From a virus: a stretch of DNA of 64,000 bases. The notes under the pieces were generated by a model. The model ran no database searches. It was not told the origin of the DNA and was given only the letters and a program-made list of their open reading frames with translations. The stretch lies in the IMG/VR virus record IMGVR_UViG_3300045988_019421, positions 1 to 64,000 of that record; one strand, written 5' to 3'. Positions 51,501-61,321 of this stretch are shown piece after piece (the first letter of the stretch is position 1; every line of letters begins with the position of its first letter). Both the position numbers and the translations under genes were made by a program.

Positions 51501-54500
51501 TGAACTATTTGGAAACATAGACCAAAGAAAAGTTCATTCTTATGAGTTTGGAGAAAATGCGAATGTTATCGTAGACGGAGAAAAGACATTACCATTAGCA
51601 TTGTTTATGCAAGATGATTTATCTATTATTAAACATGTAGGTGAATTTAAGTATAACGGTGGTAATTGGTTAGAACCTAGTGCACCTGTTACTGACGATA
51701 ATGTTTGGAGAGCATTGCAAGAGCTATTCTCTATCTTTGCTCAAATGACTTCATCAACAGTTAAGAAATATATTTGGAATGAGGCTTCCGGTGGTTATGA
51801 AGAAACTGCTGGTGAATATCCTGCACAATCTAGTTGGTCTACGCTTGCTGCTGAACTTGATACTAAGTTCTCAATTAAGAATGCTTACTCTTATTTATTA
51901 GTCTGTGTAAAATATGGACTTGTCGATTCATTAGGTAAGAACTTAACTTTAGTTTGTTATGATGTTGGCGGAGTTAATAAGTGGTTTATCAGGTTCTATG
52001 ATATGGATACAGGTAATGGTCTTGATAACGTAGCTCTTGAATCTGTTGCTAAAACTGCTTGGTTAGATACATTTAGTAATAATGATAAGAATGATGTTAA
52101 CTCATTAATTATTACTAAGAACGCTGCTGATGGTGGATATGATACTTATAGTTCTCGTATGTGGGACGTATTAAGAGATACTATCTTTGCTAATACTGGA
52201 ATATTCGATAGTTCTCTTGAAACTCTTTGGGACTTATGGAGAAATAATGCTACTATCTGTAAAGATATTAATGATTATATAGATAATTATTTTGCAGCTC
52301 AAACTAAAGATTGTGGAGAGCTTCTATTTAATTATGACTATAATGTTAAGTATCTTACTGCTTATGTTGGTGAATCAGGTGGACAACCTTCTTATGCTAA
52401 TATTGAGTTCCTACATGGTACTCGTGTTGAGTATGTTAGAGACTGGATGAAGAAGAGAGTTTGGTTCTTTGATGGAGTATTTAAATATAGTAATGCTGCT
52501 AATATTCAACCTTATAATAATAAGGGTACATTCTCCGCAGGTGGTGCAGAAGCTACTAATCCTAAACTTATTATTACATCTAATTGTCCTGCAATATTTG
52601 TGGTTAATATTGGTAATACTACTGATACTAGATATTTCTTAGAAGAAGGTAAACCTACTGAAATTAGATTATCTCCTATCAGTTCTTTCAATACACAAAT
52701 TACTATTAATAATACTCCTCAAATTAATGATATTGAAGGATTAGGCGGAATGAGATTCCAACGATTTATGTCTACTATGAAACTTCCTAGTTTCTCTAAG
52801 TTAGACTTGTCTTCTGTTGATACTCTTAGTGATTCTCCTATTCCATTTGAAACAGTATTCGTTAATGATGAAGGCTATTCTGACGTAAGACATATTGATT
52901 TAAGTAATACTAAGTTTTGGAGCGGTAACATTGGACAAGGTACATTTACGGTTAATATAGAAAAGTATACCAAGTTGAAAGATTTGAATATATCTAGTTC
53001 TATTGTAACTTCTATATCTTTGCCTAATGCTTCTCTTGCATTACTGAATATTACTAATTCAGCTGTTGAAGGTATTAGTTTAGTTAATCAACCGTTCTTG
53101 GATAGATTAGATTTCTCTGGTTGTAAACGGTTAAAAACTGTTACTATCGATTCTTGTGATAAGATTACTGAATTAAACCTTAGTAATCTAAGAGACTTAC
53201 ATACTATAAGAATTACTTCGTGTCCTAACTTAAAGTCTATAATTTGTACTAACAACATTAACTTAACTACATTTAATGTATCCAATTGTAATAATGTTGA
53301 AATCATTAATGTATCTCAATGTACTAATGAATCATTAACTGTTTATATAGTAGGTGTTCCTAATATTAAAGAATTAAATGTATCTAGTACTAATACACCT
53401 AATGATATTCAAGTAGCTTCAAGTTTACCTAATCTTAGAACACTTAATATTTCTAATAGTCAGGTATCAGCAATCCAATATGGTAATGCTGCTATTCCTA
53501 CTTATAAAGAAAATAAGATATTCGATATTAGTAAACTTAATCTTACTAGTCTATCAGTTCAAAATGCTAAAGGTGTACATTACTTTAAGTTTGATAATAA
53601 TAGAAATACTCCTTTCAATGTAGGTGGTAGTTTCTTTGTTGGTTGCTCTAATCTTAAAAGAGTATTTGGACATATTAAACTTAATGGTACTTCTATATTT
53701 GCTCAATGTGGTAACTTCTATATTCACGAACCTAAAGAAAAAGTAAAAGGTATTACTCCTGATTATGGTGGAGAATGGTTTGGTTCAGATACTAGTACAG
53801 AAGAAGGAAAGACTGCTTGGGATAATAATACTGATTTAGGAACTAATTTTACTATCGGTACTACTAATTGCACTAGTATGTTTAATGCTACTAATTGTAG
53901 TATATATGATGTTTATTATTTCTTATATAAATGTTATGATGTAACTACTCTTGATAGTTGTTTTGCTAGTGCTAAGAATATTAAGTGGGATTTGCTAGAT
54001 AGTCCTAGAAGAAATATGTTTAATCATTGTACTAAAGTAGTTACAATGAATTCATTATTTTGGGGATTACAAGAACAAGACTTTAAAATATTAACTAGTA
54101 CTTATGATTTTGGTTCTACTGAACATAATGGATTATTTAGTCCTCTTGTTAGTTTACAAGCTATGGATTCTATATTTTATTTTAGTGGTACTAGATATAC
54201 AAGCCCTGCTTTCTTAGCTAAATTTAAAGGAAATGTTCCTTCTAAACTTAAAAGATTAAGTATTTTTAGTACTGGAACTGTTAAGTTTGTAGATAATATT
54301 AATAATTGTCCTAGTGATAGTACTATTGATGAGCATCTTGTTAATGCTGATTGTGGAACACTTCTTGCTAATCTTCCTGACTTAGAATATTTAAATACTA
54401 TGTTTAATGGTTCTAATATAGACTTTAATCAAATAACAGATGAAGATGTAGAAGATGAAGTAAAATATTGTCCTTTATTCTATAAGAATACTAAACTTAA

Positions 54501-56466
54501 ATATATTCAAGATTCATTTAAAGGACTTGTTAATTCTACTGGTTCTTTATATAATATATTTGGTGGTACTGTTAAGAATAAGACACAGGTAAGATTCCCG
54601 ACAGCTTTATATGGTATCTACAATTCATTTAGTTTAAGTTCAGGTTCTAATGTTACTTTCCCAATCCACAACTCAATGTTTAGTAGATTGAAGAACTCAT
54701 TAAAATATATAACTGGACAACAAGCTATTAATGAAAGTACTTTAGGAAGTTTTCAAGGATTCACTAAACAGTTCATTAAAGAAGGAGAAGAAACATTTCC
54801 TTATGATGTATTTACTGGTTGTAGTGCTATTGTTGAAATACCGGGATTCTTTGCTAATCTTGTTCTTCCTACAAATACTGTTGTTGAACTTCCTCTTGAT
54901 TCATTTAAGACTAATTACAATCTTACTAACATAGCAAACTTATACTTTGATATGAAGAATTGTAAGTATAGTCTTACTGGTAAAGGTTTCTCTAATTGTA
55001 AAATAGTTAATGCTTATAGATGTTTCTCTGAAACAGAGAATACTTACGTTAAGAAAGGTTCTGTTCCTTATGGACTATTCTATATGGAAGCTACTAATAA
55101 TTATAGTTGGAAAGGCTGGAATGAAACCGATGCTTCTACTAATAGTATAAATGAGAACTACGGTATTGATGAACATGGAGAATGGATTCCTGATGAACAA
55201 GCACCAATGCCTACTGAAATCACTTATAATAAACAGAGAACTCTTCCTAGAAAGACAATAGTTAATATGTCTTATTGTTTAGAGAGATTCCAAAGTACGG
55301 AAGCACAGGCTTATACTATGAATTATGGTAATCTTACTCCAAGTAATTATGGAGATATTATAGTACCTAATGAAAAGTATAATCCAGTTAAGTATATTCT
55401 TAATCCTAATTATGACCCTAGAGAATATCTTGATGAAGAGCAGACAATGATTAACTATAATAGAGATATTCATAGAGTAATCATAAATAAAGATTATGAT
55501 AAATATGAATATGCTTGGAATGAATATGTCTACGATGGACTTAGTGGACTTGAAGATATTATATTAAATAGTAGTCTTTATACAGCTGTTTCAAATGGAA
55601 CAATAAATTGTTCTCCTACTATACCTGATGTATTTAAAGATACTGCTGCTTCAATTGCTCCACCTAGTTCTGTTCATGCTAATAGAAAAGTATTAAATTA
55701 CTTATGTTCGCCTGACTTATTCTATTATTGTACTAATGGGACTAATATGGTTATCAACGGTGTATTTAGTGGTAGCGGTAGACCTAATGGAAACCCAACA
55801 TACGATTACTTTAATTATGGTATTCGTGGTCGTATTCCAACTAACTTATTTAAACCGGTTAGTAATGTTACTAATTTATCAATGACATTCTATCGTTGTC
55901 CTTTAATTCTTCCATATAAATGGAATAATTCCACAGGGGATATTGGTGAAATGTTCTCTAAGGAAATGTTCGCAGGATTAACTAAATTAACTAATATATC
56001 TTATATGTTCTATTTCTGTGTAATTCCTGCTGATGTTATTGTGCCTGTTGAATTTGTAATTGATTGTATTAACTTACAGGATATATCTTGTTTGTTCTTA
56101 GCAGCACAATTTGAATCAACTGCTAGTCAAGCACAACAAATAGACGATAATATATTCGCTAAGAATGTCAATCTAAAGAATATTAGTTATGCTTTTGCTA
56201 GTGGACAAAACCAAGGAGATTGGTCAGATAGAAGTCCTAAGAAGATTAGTTCTACATTGTTTAATGCTAATAAACATAAACAACTTACTAATGTTACTGG
56301 TGTATTCTATAATGCAACTTCTACTACTGGTAGTGTTCCTGAATTTTGGAATTGGCTAAATAGTCTATCCTCTGTTAATAGAGCGAATGTATTCTATGCT
56401 ATGCGTAAAGCTAATCTTACTAATGGTAATAGTGTTCCTAGTGGATGGAATACAGGTATGGTATAA
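48592..56466 (+). CDS. giant tail fibre / receptor-binding protein (~2624 aa) with LamG-like, CotH-like, LRR and BspA-type repeat regions
   Basis: The track start is TTG 48586; I prefer ATG 48592 (MADNIKRY...). It has a Gly linker GGGGSGGGGGATG. KIYLGCD...FADVNFYDIKLFRVPANDKEIV is LamG-like. LGIYSFNLGRGAYYNMGF and NKWFIRFYDMDTGNGLDN are CotH-like. LRRs run from about 52.9 to 53.6 kb (LKDLNISSS, LALLNITNS, LDRLDFSGC, ITELNLSNL, LRTLNISNS). FFVGCSNLKRV, FTGCSAIVEI and FSNCKIVNAY are BspA-type. Confidence 0.65.
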   Translation: MADNIKRYNPKTGNWDISSSGKATGIVVEDPRLIDPEVAEEGVTGESLNDVLVRHEEELKKHGGYIAWLAEHGGGGSGGGGGATGDKITLTNGNIVKEGNINYLYSTVTTNIKLEYLITSSKNNKRYFITVTLDGNNIIEGKEAWTNTPGTLNIPQLDKFSANSNHSVVITASDTDGFSAESYLLNIVEASIKLTSTVSGNTATVGLDYFFTYSIISKIIGSDVNLVVTNVTNGATKTIELGKTTSTAPKQVNVNLWELGNIIAGSSYTIQAQAFTSMNEATVQSDKVTNRVVVEDGINLVVLVEGITSKAEVDAGVERTKFSQSSNVSFAFTPYLAGVSLIYYAVRIEHNGITKDIGYFDEGNYNDNQYVQRGKQQVFSYAIPTEGDVIGNWNITLRCWSEKGNPVTDTVLACEVVSSSQALIADQNPNSSRYASWHVRQESFPQVSTTKVWTSNEPTFTAPGSITPSGAITNLNVYNTNGVLSGFLTENGQSMLRISGEAYGVIDVQPFKDDITTLNNWSRQGFGLSCTFKSDIHPFSKRTIFFIGDYNTDEQFSEGIKVGLEDIIWSYTDGNIKETISCKIQQNVINTVDFIVNKNQGKMIVGIFINGILNAAREIKTDFTWKTNSKIYLGCDISNSGQIQNFADVNFYDIKLFRVPANDKEIVINAMNSRAKATLLSDGSVDFTEYNRMKLKNFFSTSDSEPHSILWDDINQTYASVNFNSLISDTTRVLPVDIMLINCANTGFTRAIFEEIGGQNNNWYSGCTMSYFSPTSGKSSSEYTTDVSVSKQGTSTLNNLIKNLEIRFDKMLKDDDGGNLDYELFQPRETWFPERQFTLKADVVDSAHANNASIGKWINDNSDFLFEKTPPMEQLESHRPVDTRDRTVKDKVTIKQTLEGFPIILLIQFDGEETQTMLGIYSFNLGRGAYYNMGFRFLKDFTTKIKNTAGEYVDNKLPAFVTSYHTYAQDELFGNIDQRKVHSYEFGENANVIVDGEKTLPLALFMQDDLSIIKHVGEFKYNGGNWLEPSAPVTDDNVWRALQELFSIFAQMTSSTVKKYIWNEASGGYEETAGEYPAQSSWSTLAAELDTKFSIKNAYSYLLVCVKYGLVDSLGKNLTLVCYDVGGVNKWFIRFYDMDTGNGLDNVALESVAKTAWLDTFSNNDKNDVNSLIITKNAADGGYDTYSSRMWDVLRDTIFANTGIFDSSLETLWDLWRNNATICKDINDYIDNYFAAQTKDCGELLFNYDYNVKYLTAYVGESGGQPSYANIEFLHGTRVEYVRDWMKKRVWFFDGVFKYSNAANIQPYNNKGTFSAGGAEATNPKLIITSNCPAIFVVNIGNTTDTRYFLEEGKPTEIRLSPISSFNTQITINNTPQINDIEGLGGMRFQRFMSTMKLPSFSKLDLSSVDTLSDSPIPFETVFVNDEGYSDVRHIDLSNTKFWSGNIGQGTFTVNIEKYTKLKDLNISSSIVTSISLPNASLALLNITNSAVEGISLVNQPFLDRLDFSGCKRLKTVTIDSCDKITELNLSNLRDLHTIRITSCPNLKSIICTNNINLTTFNVSNCNNVEIINVSQCTNESLTVYIVGVPNIKELNVSSTNTPNDIQVASSLPNLRTLNISNSQVSAIQYGNAAIPTYKENKIFDISKLNLTSLSVQNAKGVHYFKFDNNRNTPFNVGGSFFVGCSNLKRVFGHIKLNGTSIFAQCGNFYIHEPKEKVKGITPDYGGEWFGSDTSTEEGKTAWDNNTDLGTNFTIGTTNCTSMFNATNCSIYDVYYFLYKCYDVTTLDSCFASAKNIKWDLLDSPRRNMFNHCTKVVTMNSLFWGLQEQDFKILTSTYDFGSTEHNGLFSPLVSLQAMDSIFYFSGTRYTSPAFLAKFKGNVPSKLKRLSIFSTGTVKFVDNINNCPSDSTIDEHLVNADCGTLLANLPDLEYLNTMFNGSNIDFNQITDEDVEDEVKYCPLFYKNTKLKYIQDSFKGLVNSTGSLYNIFGGTVKNKTQVRFPTALYGIYNSFSLSSGSNVTFPIHNSMFSRLKNSLKYITGQQAINESTLGSFQGFTKQFIKEGEETFPYDVFTGCSAIVEIPGFFANLVLPTNTVVELPLDSFKTNYNLTNIANLYFDMKNCKYSLTGKGFSNCKIVNAYRCFSETENTYVKKGSVPYGLFYMEATNNYSWKGWNETDASTNSINENYGIDEHGEWIPDEQAPMPTEITYNKQRTLPRKTIVNMSYCLERFQSTEAQAYTMNYGNLTPSNYGDIIVPNEKYNPVKYILNPNYDPREYLDEEQTMINYNRDIHRVIINKDYDKYEYAWNEYVYDGLSGLEDIILNSSLYTAVSNGTINCSPTIPDVFKDTAASIAPPSSVHANRKVLNYLCSPDLFYYCTNGTNMVINGVFSGSGRPNGNPTYDYFNYGIRGRIPTNLFKPVSNVTNLSMTFYRCPLILPYKWNNSTGDIGEMFSKEMFAGLTKLTNISYMFYFCVIPADVIVPVEFVIDCINLQDISCLFLAAQFESTASQAQQIDDNIFAKNVNLKNISYAFASGQNQGDWSDRSPKKISSTLFNANKHKQLTNVTGVFYNATSTTGSVPEFWNWLNSLSSVNRANVFYAMRKANLTNGNSVPSGWNTGMV
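50224..50237 (+). repeat. M19: weak motif copy, forward
   Basis: ttctttatagggga. Read as FFIGD. Confidence 0.3.
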
Positions 56467-56520
56467 CAAAAAGTTGATAATAGTATTATGTAATTAAACA
56501 AAATTTAGTTTCTTGTAGCG

Positions 56521-56546
56521 TCCCCCATAAAGGAGTGAGTATTAAC
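56521..56546 (-). repeat. M20: extended motif copy, reverse, intergenic
   Basis: tcccccataaaggagtgagtattaac. Confidence 0.9.
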
Positions 56547-56557
56547 AGTAATCACAT

Positions 56558-56571
56558 CTCTTTAAGGGGGA
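56558..56571 (+). repeat. M21: motif copy, forward; inverted partner of M20
   Basis: ctctttaaggggga, directly followed by ATG 56572. Confidence 0.6.
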
Positions 56572-56892
56572 ATGTTACAAAGACCAATTAATAATCATTT
56601 AAAAGTAATTATCATGGATAGTCGTATTTATAACAGAGCTAATGCAGCTAATAGTTTACAGATTTCTATAATGGGTAAAGTTGATGCTGTTGCAGAGTTT
56701 TCTATTCCTAATGGAATGGGTGGTAAAGAACCTTTCTTATTAAAGAATATAACCGAAGACCCAATACAAGTAGAAGTAGTTCTTGCAGGTATGGAAGAAC
56801 CTATTACTACAACTATTTATTCCGGTTGGAATGTTGAGTTAGTTAAACAAGTTAATAACGCTGTTGCTGATACGTTACAATATGGGTACTAA
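56572..56892 (+). CDS. hypothetical protein (106 aa; alternative start at 56614)
   Basis: ORF track. The ATG directly abuts forward motif copy M21. Confidence 0.55.
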   Translation: MLQRPINNHLKVIIMDSRIYNRANAANSLQISIMGKVDAVAEFSIPNGMGGKEPFLLKNITEDPIQVEVVLAGMEEPITTTIYSGWNVELVKQVNNAVADTLQYGY

Positions 56893-59800
56893 TACTGGAC
56901 TTGGTATAGGTATCGGTATTCCTTTTAAGAACAATGCTCTTGGTGGAGATAAGCCTTATTTTCCACCAGAGCTTAAAGCTCGACTTATTGGAGTTTGGGA
57001 TAATTACGGTAAAAAGAATACTGATGCTGATAGGAATATTATTAAGAATAAGATTCCTAATGCAGGAGGAGATTTAGAGATTCTAAATGCTGCATATAAG
57101 TTAAATAGTGGATTTGGTGAGTATAAAGAAGATTTTACTAGTTGGAGAATATATCCAAATATAGAAGTTACCGATAACGTAATTACTACTAATGGAAATT
57201 TTAATTCTACTTGGTTTATATATAAGCACTCTAATGAGAATGAAATAAATGAAATAAATATAAAAGTTTCAGGTATTCCTGAAGGAGGAAAAATTTTATA
57301 TTTCTATATTCCTGATGAAACAGCTACTATGCCTGTTTCATATAATATATCAAAAGATGGCGTTTATCATTTACCCAAATCCAAACTAAGTAGTAATAGA
57401 GTTAGTGTAGGATTTACAGTAAGTAGTTCTTATGATTGGAATAATATAAGAATTGAACAACTGTCTGACTTCGGAGGAGCGTTTGTTACTGATGGAATAA
57501 ACGACATGATTATTAGTCAAAAGACTCTTCAAGAAATGGGAGTTACTAAAGAACTTACTATTGTTAGTATGATTCATCAAATATCTTGGAGAGGTTCTGC
57601 TTCTATTCCATTAACTAATTATATTAGAAATGGAGATACTTTTATAAGAAATTCTATTAGTAATATTGGTAAAACTGGAATATATGGTTATACATGTTTT
57701 AATATTAAAAATGTTAATTCTAGTGCTTCTAAAGTAATAAATAATATATTAGGAGATAAGAATGACTATATTGTAGAATATAGAGGAGATATATTATCGG
57801 AAAGATTTAGTGTACAAGGATATATAGACGGTAATGGTAATATACTTGAAACAAGTAGTGTTGCTCATTATTGGACTTTTGCTGTATTAGGTAAAGCTAC
57901 CGAAGATGAGATTAATCTTATCATTGGTAACTATAATCTTGACCGTAGTCTTAAACCTGATATATTATGTAATATAGGTAAGCAAGGTATTACTAATGAT
58001 AATCATGCTGACTTTAATAATAAACTTATTGATTATAGCGGTAATAACAGAGATATTCAAATGAATAATCTAGCTTGGAAAGGAGGTAGTGGTATTGCAG
58101 CTAAGAAATTTGAAACGATTAAAGATTATAGTATTATTCCTGATGAAGGACTACAAGAATTAACTATCTATAATGAATTTAGTTTTAAAATTAAATCTAT
58201 TAGATATGCAGATAGATATTGGGCTGTACAATCTTTAAATAAAACAAATATATCTTATCCAGTAACAATTATTACAGATAAAGATATTATTTGGAGAAAT
58301 GCTTTAAATTATACTGATGCAGATGGTGTAAAAGGTAGTGTAAGAAAAGAAACAAATGTTCCTGCTAATACTCCTACGCAAGTATTTATTTATGGATTCA
58401 ATGACTTTGATATATCAGATGATTATACTAAAGTAAATTGTGTTGCTTATGCTGCTAGAAAAGATATAACCGAATTTACAGTTACTTTTATTCCTAGTTA
58501 TAAAGGAGGATTATTACTTGATGGTATAACTGACTTCGGTAAGGTGACAGGGATGCCTGTTTACAAGGATTATACTTTCATTATAGATAGAAAGTTTTTA
58601 AATGAAACATTTGCTAATCAAGTATGCTTAGCAAGTAAATCTAAAGTGGCAGTAGAAGGAGAAAATGGTGGTGCTTTTACTGTTGATAATATTAGTGTTA
58701 ATTCTATTATTAACCCTTATAGTTTTTATAAGACCACTAGTTTGCCAGGTTTAAATACTTTTGATAGACAGATAGTATTTCAAAGTAAATACAAATATCT
58801 TGATAAAGATATTGCTGCTGGTACTGCTACTGATAGTGATACTTTATGGTTAGGAACATTTAGAGATAACGATAGTCGATTTGCTAATGTGGCTATCTAC
58901 TCTCTCATGTCCTTCCCATATAGTATGTCCGAGTTCTTGATAGAGCGCCAGTTGAAGAAGCATAAGCTGGGTACGCTGTATCCGGATATGGTTGAATTTA
59001 GACCTGTTATTAAAGCTAATGCTAATTATAAGATAACATATTATCAAATAGATAGTACTAATACTTGGAAGTCAATAAAGGTAGGTGATTACATTGTTAT
59101 CGGAGCAAAATTAGCTTTTCAAATTACTTTTGATAATGATGCTAGTGAACTTAAAGAAGTTGTAAGCCCTCAATTATCAGGTATAATTGTTGAGAAAAGA
59201 CCGTCAAATCCGGGATATAATATATATAGTTATATAACTTCTAAATCCCCTCAAAAGATAAACATCACTATTGATGAGTACATTAGATACGAGGATATTG
59301 TGCAGCCATATCCTGTAATATTCCAAATCACAGATAGAAATACCAATCAAAGATATAGTTGGGGAGACAAGATTAAAGTAGGAAGTTCTATACGGCTTAG
59401 TCAAAGTGAAAAACTAAATCTTCTTTCTGGATTATATAGTATTAAGAGTTACGAATACGAAGGAGAAACGTATAGTTATAATCAACTAACTAATCTTAAT
59501 ATTATATTAACTAAGCAATCTATTTCATTATCTTGTAATAAGACTTGGCTTCTTGATGATAATGAACCTAAATGCATTCTTTCTCCTAGACTACTACGTA
59601 TCCCAAACTCTAGCTATAAGATATTAGGTCATATCCCCGATATATCCGGTCATGGTAATCATGGTAAGATAAACAATTCTGCTTATGCAGAAGGAAGCGG
59701 AGTTAATGAAGATGGTTCATATCAATTTGATGGCGTAGACGACTTTGTTACTATCCCTACTGTTGCAGGTAAGCAAGTATTAATGAAACTTAATTGGCAA

Positions 59801-61222
59801 AATAAGGCACTAGGAAATCTAATATACGACCAAAGAGATAATGGTAGTACTACTAGTTTCGCCATTATGCCAGTAAATATTAATGATTCTACAAATAACA
59901 AAATTGCTTATCAAGCACGAAATGCAAATGGGATTACTTATATTGATGGTATTAGAAATGAATATATAGAAAGTTATAGCCTTGAAAATATAATTCATAA
60001 TATTACTATTACAAATCCTGATGTTAGTAATAAAACAGTTGCTCTTGGAGCTAGTAATAAATCTACTGCTGATTGTTTTGCTAAAATGTCTCTCTACGAC
60101 TTTATGCTGTTTGACGAAATCTCAACGGACGATAAGATTAAAGAGCTGAACGAGTATGTAGGTATTGAAGCTAAGGTAGAATTACCACCTTATTACTGGG
60201 ATACTTATGGTAAAACCAATCTCGATGCAGATAAAGCTACTATTCAACAAAGAGGTGTAGCCGTAGGTGATTATGATTTAACTAATTATAATCATGCTTA
60301 CGAAGGTATGAGTGGATATAATGGTTATCCTGTTGTATTTGGTATTGGTAAAACTTATGGAGGAATGCCAAGTACTGATGATTTTGCATATACTGTTTCT
60401 CCAACTACTGTAAATGTTACCAAATTTAATATTACTCATGGTTTTATTTACAGTTATTTAAAGCATAATGGAGAATTAGAAACACAGAATTCAGATTATC
60501 CTTCGTATAAGATAAAGGTTACTGGACTTGAAAAAGGTTTTGGATTACATTATTCTTATCTTAAGAATCCTTCTGATGCTAATCTTAGTGCATTTGGTAT
60601 AGGTACTGATGGTACTTATACTATTCCTAAATCTTTTGCAAGTGATGGAAGTTTGATAAATAACAATGTTTGGATAGGTTTTATATTTACTGGTACTGCA
60701 CCTGAATCATGTAATGTTACTATCGAAGTTCTTCCTGAATATGAAAATGGTTTAGCTTATGATGGAATAGAAGATTTTAGTGATAATAAGAACATTCCTA
60801 TATTTACAGATTTTACTGCTATTATAAAAAGAATTGATTTAGATGCTAAGAATAATAATTCTTCTGTAATGTTTAAAGGAAATAAAATCTATGAAAGTGG
60901 TATTGGAAATGGTTTTATTTTAGATTATCATTATGATAGTAAAAACTATGTTTATAGTTATGGTAAAGTAAATCGGATAGAACGAGATAATTCTAAGATT
61001 ATTTATTTAACTCCTGAAAGTTATAATGGTAATCCTATTATAAAAGGTGAAAATGGAGATAATCTAGGATTAATACTTGGTAAATATTGGAAAGGAATAA
61101 TCTATAAAACAATTCTATATTCTAAGACTATCTCGTTACTAGAAATTAATTTCCTAAAGAACCTGATGGAAAAGGATGAAATAATTGATTTAAATAACCC
61201 AATATTTATAAAAAATGAATAA
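56882..61222 (+). CDS. large tail fibre-like protein (~1446 aa) with repeated LamG/concanavalin-like modules
   Basis: The track start is TTG 56864; I prefer ATG 56882 (MGTNTGLG...). Recurrent modules: FVTDGINDMII, LLLDGITDFGKV, YQFDGVDDFVTIP, LAYDGIEDFSDN. The N-terminal segment (PPELKARLIGVWDNYGKKNTDAD) is duplicated internally (PPYYWDTYGKTNLDAD). Confidence 0.65.
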   Translation: MGTNTGLGIGIGIPFKNNALGGDKPYFPPELKARLIGVWDNYGKKNTDADRNIIKNKIPNAGGDLEILNAAYKLNSGFGEYKEDFTSWRIYPNIEVTDNVITTNGNFNSTWFIYKHSNENEINEINIKVSGIPEGGKILYFYIPDETATMPVSYNISKDGVYHLPKSKLSSNRVSVGFTVSSSYDWNNIRIEQLSDFGGAFVTDGINDMIISQKTLQEMGVTKELTIVSMIHQISWRGSASIPLTNYIRNGDTFIRNSISNIGKTGIYGYTCFNIKNVNSSASKVINNILGDKNDYIVEYRGDILSERFSVQGYIDGNGNILETSSVAHYWTFAVLGKATEDEINLIIGNYNLDRSLKPDILCNIGKQGITNDNHADFNNKLIDYSGNNRDIQMNNLAWKGGSGIAAKKFETIKDYSIIPDEGLQELTIYNEFSFKIKSIRYADRYWAVQSLNKTNISYPVTIITDKDIIWRNALNYTDADGVKGSVRKETNVPANTPTQVFIYGFNDFDISDDYTKVNCVAYAARKDITEFTVTFIPSYKGGLLLDGITDFGKVTGMPVYKDYTFIIDRKFLNETFANQVCLASKSKVAVEGENGGAFTVDNISVNSIINPYSFYKTTSLPGLNTFDRQIVFQSKYKYLDKDIAAGTATDSDTLWLGTFRDNDSRFANVAIYSLMSFPYSMSEFLIERQLKKHKLGTLYPDMVEFRPVIKANANYKITYYQIDSTNTWKSIKVGDYIVIGAKLAFQITFDNDASELKEVVSPQLSGIIVEKRPSNPGYNIYSYITSKSPQKINITIDEYIRYEDIVQPYPVIFQITDRNTNQRYSWGDKIKVGSSIRLSQSEKLNLLSGLYSIKSYEYEGETYSYNQLTNLNIILTKQSISLSCNKTWLLDDNEPKCILSPRLLRIPNSSYKILGHIPDISGHGNHGKINNSAYAEGSGVNEDGSYQFDGVDDFVTIPTVAGKQVLMKLNWQNKALGNLIYDQRDNGSTTSFAIMPVNINDSTNNKIAYQARNANGITYIDGIRNEYIESYSLENIIHNITITNPDVSNKTVALGASNKSTADCFAKMSLYDFMLFDEISTDDKIKELNEYVGIEAKVELPPYYWDTYGKTNLDADKATIQQRGVAVGDYDLTNYNHAYEGMSGYNGYPVVFGIGKTYGGMPSTDDFAYTVSPTTVNVTKFNITHGFIYSYLKHNGELETQNSDYPSYKIKVTGLEKGFGLHYSYLKNPSDANLSAFGIGTDGTYTIPKSFASDGSLINNNVWIGFIFTGTAPESCNVTIEVLPEYENGLAYDGIEDFSDNKNIPIFTDFTAIIKRIDLDAKNNNSSVMFKGNKIYESGIGNGFILDYHYDSKNYVYSYGKVNRIERDNSKIIYLTPESYNGNPIIKGENGDNLGLILGKYWKGIIYKTILYSKTISLLEINFLKNLMEKDEIIDLNNPIFIKNE

Positions 61223-61321
61223 ATGAAAATAATGCCTTATAAACTACTTAAAGTAGTTTATATAATACTTGCTATAATTGCAGTAGTTATGTATACATTA
61301 AGTTTAATATTTAATATTTAA
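61223..61321 (+). CDS. possible 32-aa membrane peptide
   Basis: Hand-translated as MKIMPYKLLKVVYIILAIIAVVMYTLSLIFNI. It starts 1 nt after the upstream stop and contains a 10-bp palindrome. Confidence 0.3.
   Translation: MKIMPYKLLKVVYIILAIIAVVMYTLSLIFNI

Noticed and set aside
48592-56466. Giant ORF as the crAss-type virion RNA polymerase
   Set aside because: No DxDGD-like catalytic motif is visible. The sequence is instead dominated by LamG-like, LRR and BspA-type repeats typical of adhesins and fibres. The RNAP, if present, lies outside this window.
6889-56546. Reverse form of the motif (AAAGGAGTGA) as a Shine-Dalgarno site, being near-complementary to a 16S 3' end
   Set aside because: No start codon lies 5-10 nt downstream of any copy; the nearest are 40-55 nt away. 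Most copies are inside ORFs or antisense to genes. An anti-SD interaction causing pausing cannot be excluded.
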